Assembly (NCBI GenBank): GCA_963667035.1
Contig: OY762964.1
Location: 1,472,001-1,536,000, forward strand
Direction of reading: 5' to 3'
Origin: Candidatus Cloacimonadales bacterium
Lineage (GTDB): Bacteria; Cloacimonadota; Cloacimonadia; Cloacimonadales; JAFGVF01
Length of the DNA: 64,000 nt
Below the pieces are notes generated by a model that was not told the origin of the DNA, made no database searches, and worked only from the letters and a program-made list of their open reading frames with translations. A program made the translations under genes and the position numbers. This document shows, piece by piece, positions 29,429 to 38,458 of this stretch (its first letter is position 1; each line of letters opens with the position of its first letter).

Positions 29429-32400
29429 CTTTTAACCTTTAACAGCTTAGCTGCATCAGTTACTGCTCCAATCTTTATTGCAAAACTATCCTTCTCCAGA
29501 ATATCATGGTCGGAAATAATATGTATATCCAAAAGACCATCGGTTTTGTAACCTGTTCTCAGATAATTCATTCTAGCAAGACATTTACTCCAACCTTCAA
29601 ACCAAGCAAGTAATTGCTGCTTCTTAATCTCATTACCTCTGAAATGAACAAGTAAATCAATATCACTTCCGGGACCGGCTGTTGCATTTTTAACACTACC
29701 AAAAATATATAAATTAACAACCCCATACTTCTTAGAATCGAGTTGTAATGCTAGATATTCACTCATTTGAAGTCTCCATAACCAGTAATTGTCTGTATTC
29801 TCTTCTTCATAATATGCTTTAAGTGAACTTGTTTTTCTACCGTCAGCAACTCCAAAGTAAGCTATTGCTTGTTCCAAATCTGCATTCATGAATATCTTTA
29901 ACACATGTCCGGATGTTTCCTTTTGTACATCGAACACTTGAACGCAATTTGATAAGTATGAGTATTTTGGGAGTAAGGTTGATAAAATGTTCTCCCCTCT
30001 CACAAAGAAGTTAGTATTAAAGATATAACCTTTTTCATCCGGATAAAGTGGGATGTAGCGTATAGTAGACTCAACAAGATCTTGAAAGAAATGTGTTCCA
30101 AACGAAAGGTCGGGAGCAAAATTTGCTTGTTCCTTAGCTACTTCAATCAATGCTGATGTGTTGCTTATTTCTGAATACGACACATCGACTCCGAGTTTAA
30201 TATCTCCTTTACTACCCCATCTACCCGGACCAATAAGAATAAACTTCTTCTTAGGAAGTATTGAATTCAATTTTCCGACACAACGACCTACAGCTTTCAA
30301 GTCTTCCAAAGTCTTGAGTTTTTTATACTTTATCGGGTCTACATAAACAATATGAGTTACTTCAGGAATTATTCCATTAGAGATATGCTTCCCGGCTGTG
30401 AAAAGTATATCTTTTTCAGGTATATCCTGAGGAATAGGTGCTGGCTCTACTTCTTTAGAGAAACATTGCGGTCGACACTGAAGAAGATATATAACATCAT
30501 TAATAACAGCAAACTCGATATCTACGGGTGTTGACATTTTATCCTCCAGAACATCAAGGAGTCTCTTTATTCTGTTCATAAACTGAGTATCTGTCATTAA
30601 TGATCTGAAAGTAACAATTAGGTCATCTTTAGCAAAATCAATGTTGAATACAGCCTTCTGATGAATAAATCCATTCTCGTTAACACTGAAGATTCTATTT
30701 AGCATTGGGAAACTATCTTGAAACTTATGAAGGGCATCTTCAATCTTCATAGTCTCAAAGGTATTAGTTTCAAGATTAATCAAATCAATATGTTTGGGTG
30801 AATACTTTAGTATCTCATCAGGAGAAGCATTAACCCTAATTCCTGGTTGACCGGGAGAAGCAAGCACAGGATAATCATCACTAACTCTATCTACTGCTCT
30901 GGTACCAAGTCCGGGAACTAATCTCACTAATCCATCTTCTCTCTTTATTCTAGGAGACCATCTGAATTCATTACTTGAGAAAGCTACTCCCGCAAACGCA
31001 GGAAGATAGTAGTTTCCTACTTTTGTGCCAACAACTTCCTGAATCATTATAGCCATCTCTTCATGAAAATCTACAAGACCATGATCTTTTCTGTATTCAA
31101 TCGGGTCAGGAGCTACAATTGAAGCATAAACTTCTGCTATTGCATCCATTAAAGCACTTAATCTTTCTTTTTTATTGCCTTGATTAGCTAAAAAGAGGCT
31201 TTTATACTTACCTGAAAATGAGGTTCCAAAGCTATCTTCTAATAACGATGAACTCCTTACTATGATTGGTGAATTACCAAAAGAATCTAGAGCTTGTGCT
31301 AGTTCTTTTGCTATATCATGAGGGAAGTAAGAGTTTTTAAACATTTGCACAATATTATGATATTCTGCTCTTATCTGTTCAATGTCTTTATACTTCTGCT
31401 CAATCACTTCTTCCAGATTATTGTAATGAATGAAAGATTGCATGGCATCAGATGTTATATACCAACTTTTGGGAGTTCTAATTCCTTTCTGAAACTCTAA
31501 ATCAGTTTCGCTTTTAACTATATTATAAGCAAAAAACAGACCTGTACTCTTTCCTCCAAGTCTTCCATGAGAATTCTTTGGAGAGATTGTATGTTGGAGC
31601 ACATCATAGAAGTCCTCTATTTGAATATAATTCTTAGCTATGCGAATAAACTCTAGTTGGGAAGTGAACAAGCGTTGTATCAGAAGAACTTTTAAGTTAA
31701 GCTGAGAATATGGAGACAGGTTCTCTTTACTAATCTTTAAGTGTTGATATCTGACTATAGCATCTTGAAGCTCTGCTAATGACGTTTCTTTATCTTCAAG
31801 TGCAGTTATCAGAAAGCTAAGTTTATCTTCTTGTATCCATTTATGTATGTACTCAAGAACTTCTTCATTAGGTAAACAACATTCTGCAATTTCAAAGACC
31901 TTATGACTCACCGCTTCCATATCCAGGTATTCTTGTTTTTTTAAAGGTTTATTAGCATCTAGTATATCCTCCGTATCTGATTCTGATCTGGTTATACCTG
32001 CTGAGTAATAAATCTCTTTTACTTCTTGAATACCCCTCTGATATAAAAGATTAATGAGTTTTCGAGCTATTTTCAAAGATAAACGGTAATCAGTATCCTG
32101 TAACATCTTAAGTACTATTTTCCAGTCTTTATGTTCCATTTCGGATCTGGAATCTGATGACTCTAAATTCTTCGTGAACGACCTTACTAATAAGTACGTG
32201 GAAAGCATTTCCGCTAAAGTTCCAAGTAATGAAACCTCTTCATCTAGAAATGGACTGGATTCAAAATCATTAGGAACTTGAGAGTAGTATACTTTTATCT
32301 CACCAAAGTATTGGTCATTCATACTTAACGCTCTTTGTTGAGAATACTTTGGAATTGCATCTTTTTTCAGAGAGTATATCGTACCCATGTATTCAATTTC

Positions 32401-32583
32401 TGCGAAACATGATTCAGTAAACTGCCATCCGGCAGGTATAATCTCAAGTATCTTTTCAAAGATAATCACTAAATCTTGAGTATAATCGGAAGTTATCTCA
32501 ATCATTTTATGAATACAAGCTAACTCTTTACGTCTCTCAGTAAGTTGTAATTGTAACTGATTATTGTTCCCGCCATAACTCAT
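29425..32583 (-). CDS. Multidomain protein: sensor-like N-terminus + PEP/pyruvate-binding (PPDK_N) domain + C-terminal nucleotidyltransferase
   Basis: ERRKELAC..IPAGWQF; GGKS, VRSSSLLEDS..SFSGKY, PVDIEFA..LLQCRP, SFGTHFF; FGSVKNATAGPGSDIDL (GS..DxD). Confidence 0.85.
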   Translation of the reverse strand: MSYGGNNNQLQLQLTERRKELACIHKMIEITSDYTQDLVIIFEKILEIIPAGWQFTESCFAEIEYMGTIYSLKKDAIPKYSQQRALSMNDQYFGEIKVYYSQVPNDFESSPFLDEEVSLLGTLAEMLSTYLLVRSFTKNLESSDSRSEMEHKDWKIVLKMLQDTDYRLSLKIARKLINLLYQRGIQEVKEIYYSAGITRSESDTEDILDANKPLKKQEYLDMEAVSHKVFEIAECCLPNEEVLEYIHKWIQEDKLSFLITALEDKETSLAELQDAIVRYQHLKISKENLSPYSQLNLKVLLIQRLFTSQLEFIRIAKNYIQIEDFYDVLQHTISPKNSHGRLGGKSTGLFFAYNIVKSETDLEFQKGIRTPKSWYITSDAMQSFIHYNNLEEVIEQKYKDIEQIRAEYHNIVQMFKNSYFPHDIAKELAQALDSFGNSPIIVRSSSLLEDSFGTSFSGKYKSLFLANQGNKKERLSALMDAIAEVYASIVAPDPIEYRKDHGLVDFHEEMAIMIQEVVGTKVGNYYLPAFAGVAFSSNEFRWSPRIKREDGLVRLVPGLGTRAVDRVSDDYPVLASPGQPGIRVNASPDEILKYSPKHIDLINLETNTFETMKIEDALHKFQDSFPMLNRIFSVNENGFIHQKAVFNIDFAKDDLIVTFRSLMTDTQFMNRIKRLLDVLEDKMSTPVDIEFAVINDVIYLLQCRPQCFSKEVEPAPIPQDIPEKDILFTAGKHISNGIIPEVTHIVYVDPIKYKKLKTLEDLKAVGRCVGKLNSILPKKKFILIGPGRWGSKGDIKLGVDVSYSEISNTSALIEVAKEQANFAPDLSFGTHFFQDLVESTIRYIPLYPDEKGYIFNTNFFVRGENILSTLLPKYSYLSNCVQVFDVQKETSGHVLKIFMNADLEQAIAYFGVADGRKTSSLKAYYEEENTDNYWLWRLQMSEYLALQLDSKKYGVVNLYIFGSVKNATAGPGSDIDLLVHFRGNEIKKQQLLAWFEGWSKCLARMNYLRTGYKTDGLLDIHIISDHDILEKDSFAIKIGAVTDAAKLLKVKR

Positions 32584-34319
32584 TTAAGAATTACTCCTTT
32601 ACCACTTCTTCCGTCTGCAAATACTTCAATTGGTTTATCAAGTCTAACATGGAGTAGATGCTCGGTTTCATTTATTACTTCGTGCTTGCGTAACCATTCC
32701 CAGTCTATTTTTTTACTCATCTCAATATCTGCTGAAAAATATATCACATTATGAGCTGTCATATTATGGAAGAAGTGAGAACCTTGACTAAAGTCAAATC
32801 GCATTTCAGGTAACACTGCTTCAATTATCACTTTTGCTCCCGAAATCTGTGACCATTTAATCGGTATACCCATCCATGGGTCTGATGTACCCCACCTTCC
32901 GAATCCCATAAGAGCATAGCATTTCTTATCTTTCAGTAACTCAGCATTTATCTCGGCAATATCCATTGCTACTTCCATAGATGCTTTAGGATTGAAATCC
33001 TCCGGTTTAACAAATACTATATCACAAATATCATCAATATGTGCATTACCCATAACTTGTTCAGACTTGATTAGCACATCATTACTATTCATTAAGTCAT
33101 CGGTTATATCAACAATCTTGTCACTGATACTAATTGGTCTTAACTGTAAGAATCCAAATCTTGGTTTATCTATGTTCTCGGGATCAATAGTCATAGCAAA
33201 TTCAATCTCTACTTTATTACCGGTCTCTTCTTCACATACTTTCATTAGTTCTTTAATCAGAGGATTTAACGGTATGGTATCCAATCTAAGAATTGGTGCA
33301 AAATCCACAATCCTAGAACCGCTATATGATGTTCCGATAGTTATTCTATCATTCAAGCTATCAAAAGTTGAGCATATCTGCTTTAGTGTGCCATGTTCTT
33401 CCGCATCATATATTGATTTATAACATAAATACTCTGTTTCCTGAATTGGATCATAGCAACATACCTGTGCCAGATTAATAGCCCAAAACTCAGTTTGTGT
33501 GTATTTCAGTATATCATGGTTATTGTTAAACGGTGGTGGAGCTGTAGGATGCATTGGAGAGTAACTCCATGATTTTTCTCCTTCTACGACAGCTTTTCCT
33601 AATCCAAGAGCAAGAGTTGCTATACCCTCTTCATGTGTTGCATTGTTTGTAGGATAGAAGTTATAAGATTTCACAACACCAGAGATTGTTGGATAGAATA
33701 AATCTCCATGTTTACTTCCTAGTACTTCTTGAATAATGATTGCCATTCTTTCTTCTCTGATATCTCTATTAAGTGACTTAAAATACTCTTTAGAATTCTC
33801 AAAGAATAATGAAGCATATACAAATTTTATTGCTTCCATGAGAACTCGAAATCTTTGATCCTTATCTATTTGATTATTAGGAATCATCTTGGTTTCATAA
33901 ACTCCGGCAAAAGGATCATCTATTGAGTCCTCAAAAATACTTGAAGATCTAATTGCTAGAGGTTGGTTTATACTCTCGATAATACTCCTTAAGTCTCCGG
34001 AGTATATCGCACCTAAAGATGCTCTCTGGAAAGCTAATGATATATCTACGTCACTGGCATCGGATAACGCAATTTCATAAAGGTCATTAGATTCCATGAA
34101 ATCTTCAAAAACACCACTTAAAAGTACTGTCATACTGGGTATATTTATTTTTATACCCTCATAATCATCATTAGGGAATCTTTTTTTTAGCACATCTTGC
34201 ATAAAGGCTAACCCTGAAGCTTTGCCTCCGGGTTCTCCTCTTCCTATATAATTAAATCTATCTGAAAAGAAACCGCTTATTCTATCAAATCTTTGTCCCG
34301 ATTTCATGTTTTTATTCAT
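32580..34319 (-). CDS. PEP/pyruvate-binding (PPDK_N) domain protein
   Basis: GGKASGL, IRSSSIFEDS..FAGVY, GLGKAVVEG, VEIEFA..LQLRP, SQGSHFF. ATG 34319 overlaps the gdh stop (TAATG). Confidence 0.85.
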   Translation of the reverse strand: MNKNMKSGQRFDRISGFFSDRFNYIGRGEPGGKASGLAFMQDVLKKRFPNDDYEGIKINIPSMTVLLSGVFEDFMESNDLYEIALSDASDVDISLAFQRASLGAIYSGDLRSIIESINQPLAIRSSSIFEDSIDDPFAGVYETKMIPNNQIDKDQRFRVLMEAIKFVYASLFFENSKEYFKSLNRDIREERMAIIIQEVLGSKHGDLFYPTISGVVKSYNFYPTNNATHEEGIATLALGLGKAVVEGEKSWSYSPMHPTAPPPFNNNHDILKYTQTEFWAINLAQVCCYDPIQETEYLCYKSIYDAEEHGTLKQICSTFDSLNDRITIGTSYSGSRIVDFAPILRLDTIPLNPLIKELMKVCEEETGNKVEIEFAMTIDPENIDKPRFGFLQLRPISISDKIVDITDDLMNSNDVLIKSEQVMGNAHIDDICDIVFVKPEDFNPKASMEVAMDIAEINAELLKDKKCYALMGFGRWGTSDPWMGIPIKWSQISGAKVIIEAVLPEMRFDFSQGSHFFHNMTAHNVIYFSADIEMSKKIDWEWLRKHEVINETEHLLHVRLDKPIEVFADGRSGKGVILK

Positions 34320-35602
34320 TAGATCCAACCCCTTTCTTGCGATGCTCTAACAACTCTGTCTACGGCTATCATATAAGCGGCATCTCTCATATACAAATTC
34401 TTGCGTCTAGCTAATTCGGAAATTCTATGATATGCTCTGGTTAGCTTTATATCAAGTTTACTAATAACTTCATCTTTCGACCAATAATAGTTCATATTTG
34501 ATTGAACTTGTTCAAAGTAACTGCAAGTAACACCTCCGGCATTACAAATCACATCAGGAATAACAAATATATCCTTTTTTCTTAGAATCTCATCAGCTCG
34601 TGGACTAGTCGGACCATTTGCTCCTTCAGCAATTATCTTCACTTTTGGATGTATTAAGTCAACGTTATCTCTAGTTATCTGATGTTCCAACGCTGCCGGA
34701 ACAAGAATATCACACTCCTGTTCAATCCATTTATCTCCATCATTTAACTCATATCCTAATTCTTCAGCTTGTTTTGAATCTATACTTCCGAATCTATCAG
34801 TTATTTTCTGTAATTCGGATAGATTTATGCCATCAGGTCTAGTATAAAGAATTGAACTGTTTGTTTGGGGATTCCACGAAGAGACACCCATTACTGTACC
34901 ACCTAGTTGGTTGTATAAACTGATTGCGTGTTGAGCAACATTTCCAAAACCTTGAAATACAGCAGTTGTTCTATCGGGGCGTAACTTTAACTCTCTCAAA
35001 GCTTCACGGACAGTAAACATTAATCCATATCCGGTAGCTTCAGTTCTACCTAAAGAACCTCCAAGTTCTACCGGCTTACCTGTTATCATTCCCGGCATTC
35101 TGCATCCGTGCATAGTTTCATATTCATCCAAAATCCAAAGCATATGCTGACTATATGTCATAATATCCGGTGCCGGAATATCTCTCAAGGGTCCGATGTT
35201 ATCACCTAACTGTCTTACCCAACCTCTGCATATTAACTCTTGTTCTCGATATGACAATTGGTGAGTATCACAAATAACTCCTCCGTATCCTCCTCCTAAG
35301 GGAAGATCTACAACTGATGTCTTCCAGGTCATCCACATAGCCAATGCTCGAACTAAATCAACTGTCTCTAAGGGATGAAATCTCACTCCACCCTTGGCGG
35401 GACCTAGAGCATCATTATGTTGAATTCGAAAACCTTTAAAAACTTTTGTAGTTCCATCATCCATTTTGACAGGTATTAAGAAATGATACTCCCTGAGCGG
35501 ATTTCTTAAGAAATCTTTAGCTGCTTGATTTAGATCTAGTTTATTTGCTATTAAGTCAAATTGCTTCTGCACCATCTCAAAAGCATTAAATGTTTCGCTC
35601 AT
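34319..35602 (-). CDS. Glu/Leu/Phe/Val dehydrogenase homolog with catalytic Lys replaced by Tyr
   Basis: GPAKGGVRFHP, MTWK, GGGYGG, PAPD, GRTEATG, QGFGNV, EGANGP, NAGGV.SYFE; GAGGTG RBS before ATG 35602. Confidence 0.9.
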   Translation of the reverse strand: MSETFNAFEMVQKQFDLIANKLDLNQAAKDFLRNPLREYHFLIPVKMDDGTTKVFKGFRIQHNDALGPAKGGVRFHPLETVDLVRALAMWMTWKTSVVDLPLGGGYGGVICDTHQLSYREQELICRGWVRQLGDNIGPLRDIPAPDIMTYSQHMLWILDEYETMHGCRMPGMITGKPVELGGSLGRTEATGYGLMFTVREALRELKLRPDRTTAVFQGFGNVAQHAISLYNQLGGTVMGVSSWNPQTNSSILYTRPDGINLSELQKITDRFGSIDSKQAEELGYELNDGDKWIEQECDILVPAALEHQITRDNVDLIHPKVKIIAEGANGPTSPRADEILRKKDIFVIPDVICNAGGVTCSYFEQVQSNMNYYWSKDEVISKLDIKLTRAYHRISELARRKNLYMRDAAYMIAVDRVVRASQERGWI

Positions 35603-35888
35603 AGTCACCTCACTGTTATTGTATAGATTTGGTAATCTATATTTTTGCAATTGTTTTTATCCAATGCAAGGAAAATCTCTTAAAAAAGAAATTATAGCAC
35701 TTTTTCTATCTATTAATATCTCTAATAGCTAAACTCAAAACTTGATTATGTACACATTTATTGTCTACCCTTCATTATCTTTTTTTCTATTTTATTCTTT
35801 TTGTGTTTCAGTCTTTTTTCTTTTACAGTAAACATTATTTCTTGACGCTAAGTAATTATCTATAAATAAATACACTAGGAGGATTAAA

Positions 35889-36374
35889 ATGAATAGAGTT
35901 ATTATTTTAATATTGTTAACTTTCTTACTACTTGGCTGTGTTGATTCAACAAGAAATTGGGAACCTAATGGACCTGTATCAAGAGATTTAATTGATTTCG
36001 TTGCGAGAGCAAAAACTGAGATTGAGAGGGATGGGATAAATGCCTTTCATGCTTTTCGCTCAGACAATAAGTGGATTGAAGACGACAAGTACATATTCGT
36101 TTGGAATATGGAAGGTATTCGATTCGTTTACCCTCCTGATCCTGCAGGTGAGGGTAAGTTGATGCTGAATCTAAAGGATAGTGAAGATAAACCTATTGGC
36201 ATGGAATTCATACAGATCGCTCAACAAGGTGGTGGTTGGGTTCATTATAAGTGGCCTAAGTTAGGTGACACAGAGCCTGAATGGAAATCAACCTATATTC
36301 TTCCCGTAACAACACCAAGTGGGTCTAAATTCTTAGTAGGAAGCGGAGTTTACGGACTTAGAGTTGATAAATAG
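35889..36374 (+). CDS. Stand-alone Cache-domain lipoprotein
   Basis: Lipobox LLGC, YIFVW, LKDSEDK, GGGWVHYKWPK, VGSGVY. Confidence 0.82.
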   Translation: MNRVIILILLTFLLLGCVDSTRNWEPNGPVSRDLIDFVARAKTEIERDGINAFHAFRSDNKWIEDDKYIFVWNMEGIRFVYPPDPAGEGKLMLNLKDSEDKPIGMEFIQIAQQGGGWVHYKWPKLGDTEPEWKSTYILPVTTPSGSKFLVGSGVYGLRVDK

Positions 36375-36651
36375 TTTTTTATTAGTCCGATACTTACTCT
36401 GTTTTTAACAGTTCTATGTAGTTGTGTTGTTTATTGAACCTTATAAAAGGATTTCTCAAAACCAATAAGAGATTCTTTTTATTTTAGCTTCTGCAATCAC
36501 TTACACTTTTGTAATGCTTCCATAAAATGATTCTATCTTATTCCTGATTCTCTATTATCCGGAAGGTATAATTTAAGCTGTACTATTAAGGCTAATGTAT
36601 GAAAAACTGCATTACACTTGACAAGGTTACTAGATAATTAATCTTGGTAAT

Positions 36652-36746
36652 GCCGAGTCCAGTGCAATTGCATGTCGTGAACCATGTCAGGTCCGGAAGG
36701 AAGCAGCATTAAGCGAATTTTGTGATGTGATACTGTCAACTCGGCA
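36652..36746 (+). ncRNA. ffs: Signal recognition particle RNA (small bacterial SRP)
   Basis: Conserved TCAGGTCCGGAAGGAAGCAGC core; terminal stem GCCGAGT/ACTCGGC; TTGACA upstream. Confidence 0.93.
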
Positions 36747-36861
36747 CTTTTAATAGTTTATAGTTATTTGTGTTTTGATTACTACAAAGACAATTGATTA
36801 CAGTTCGTCAAAACTAATGTAGCTTTATTCAATTATTACTGATTCCTTATTAATTTCTCTA

Positions 36862-36990
36862 TGCGGACAAGAATGTCCGCGTTCCAACCGGGACCGCAAG
36901 CATAATATTTGGACCACAGGCTTCCAGCCTGCAAATCCATTCGGACAAGGATGTCCGTGCTCCAACTAGGACCGCAAGTATCCTGCTTGC
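36862..36990. repeat. REP cluster downstream of RAYT
   Basis: GCGGACAAGAATGTCCGCGTTCC alternating with the inverted type GGACCGCAGGCTTCCAGCCTGC. Confidence 0.9.
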
Positions 36991-37009
36991 ATTCATTCTC
37001 ATCGACTAC

Positions 37010-37564
37010 CTAATCACTTTCTCCCTTTCCCTCGGTTCTTCCATTATTTCTGATGTATTCAATAGTAGCTTGGAAATGCTTATCATTTCTGATATATCTA
37101 TCGTAGTAATCATTCATCCAAAACTTACCCTTTCTACCTAATATCTTATTTGCTTTATTAGCTGTATAGGATTTCCACGAATGTATTATCTTTGATAAAC
37201 TATGATTTGGGTTTACTTTGATTAAAACATGTACATGATTTGGCATTACAATCCACTCAATTAAATCATATCTTTCCTTATGATGAAACATTAGTGCATC
37301 TTCTACTATCTTCTTAACAGTCTTATTATTAAGAAAGCAACTTCCATGTCCTTTATCTAAATACTTAGCTATTTTTGTGTGAAGTTTTATATATTCATCA
37401 GTATCTTTTTTATTATCATCTGTAATGCCTAACTCATCTTGCCAGTTTATTATTAACTCTTTCGGTACAGAATCATACAAACGGAAAGTAATGAATTGAT
37501 ATACTTCATCACCGTCATAGTGACTTAAATATCCTCGAGAATGCCAACCTTTTAATTCATCCAT
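37010..37564 (-). mobile_element. REP-associated tyrosine transposase (RAYT)
   Basis: GWHSRGYL, FITFRLYDSVP, VMPNHVH (HUH), WKSYTA, FW..YYDRYIR, catalytic YIRNN. Confidence 0.92.
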
Positions 37565-37584
37565 ATATCATATTCCTTTGCTTT

Positions 37585-37666
37585 GGACCGTACTGGACCG
37601 CAGGCTTCTAGCCTGCAAACCCATGCGGACAAGGATGTCCGCGTTCCAATCTGGACTGCCTGCATC
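37585..37666. repeat. REP cluster upstream of RAYT
   Basis: GGACCGCAGGCTTCTAGCCTGC and GCGGACAAGGATGTCCGCGTTCC. Confidence 0.9.
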
Positions 37667-37868
37667 TTAAAACAAAAGCCTACAAACTATCTTTTCCCTT
37701 TTGCACGTTTATGAGTCTTACATAGCATTTGATAATTACTCCTAATAAACTCCAAAGCTGTCAGTACTAACAGCTATTTATAAAATAATTAATCACATAA
37801 ATTTTTACTCTATATTAAAAAAGAATAAACCATGTCTCATATTGTCAAATAATTATTCTAGCACGAAA

Positions 37869-38342
37869 TCCACTCTCCTCTCCCACGCTTCTCACTCGAC
37901 CAACAACCACATCAAACTTACGAGACTCTTGCATAATCCTTGCATAAATCTTGCATAACTATGCAAGAATGATGCGAGTTTTTTGTGACATGAATGTTTC
38001 GATTTTGTGCTTGTTAATCGGGGGCATAACGGGAGAGAATAACGAGAATGTTTCATGGCAAACTCCATCAAAGCATAATCATCCCACTGTTTTTGCACTG
38101 TGCACGCACTATGAACTCAGTGAAACAGTGGGTTGACAGTGCATTCACACTGCCGACACAGTGCAAAAACAGTGCGTTGGCAAATTGTGATGTGAATGAG
38201 ATTATAAAGGACATAAAATATGCGTAAATAATTGATAAATGCACTGAGTATGATTATTTTACCGTAGGAAATCCGGTTTCAAACAAATAAGGTAATTATC
38301 GCATAGTGTTTCATAATGTTGAGGATAGTGAGAGAAGAGAAT
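37869..38342. repeat. ~470-bp dispersed non-coding element, copy 2
   Basis: Collinear with 15185-15651, same orientation. Confidence 0.95.
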
Positions 38343-38412
38343 TTAAGAGTCAGAGAACCTATTATACTCCTTGCAAGATGTTTGAGACGTTATCCAACAA
38401 TGTAATCATTAT

Positions 38413-38440
38413 AAAAAAGGGTAGCGATTGCTACCCTTTA
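38413..38440 (-). terminator. Intrinsic terminator after glyA
   Basis: AAAAAAGGGTAGC-GATT-GCTACCCTTT. Confidence 0.8.
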
Positions 38441-38458
38441 TTAGTCTATAATAATATA

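Noticed and set aside
29425..34319. Annotation as a true PEP synthase or pyruvate phosphate dikinase (ppsA/ppdK)
   Set aside because: No canonical phospho-His swivel motif and no C-terminal PEP-binding barrel in either protein.
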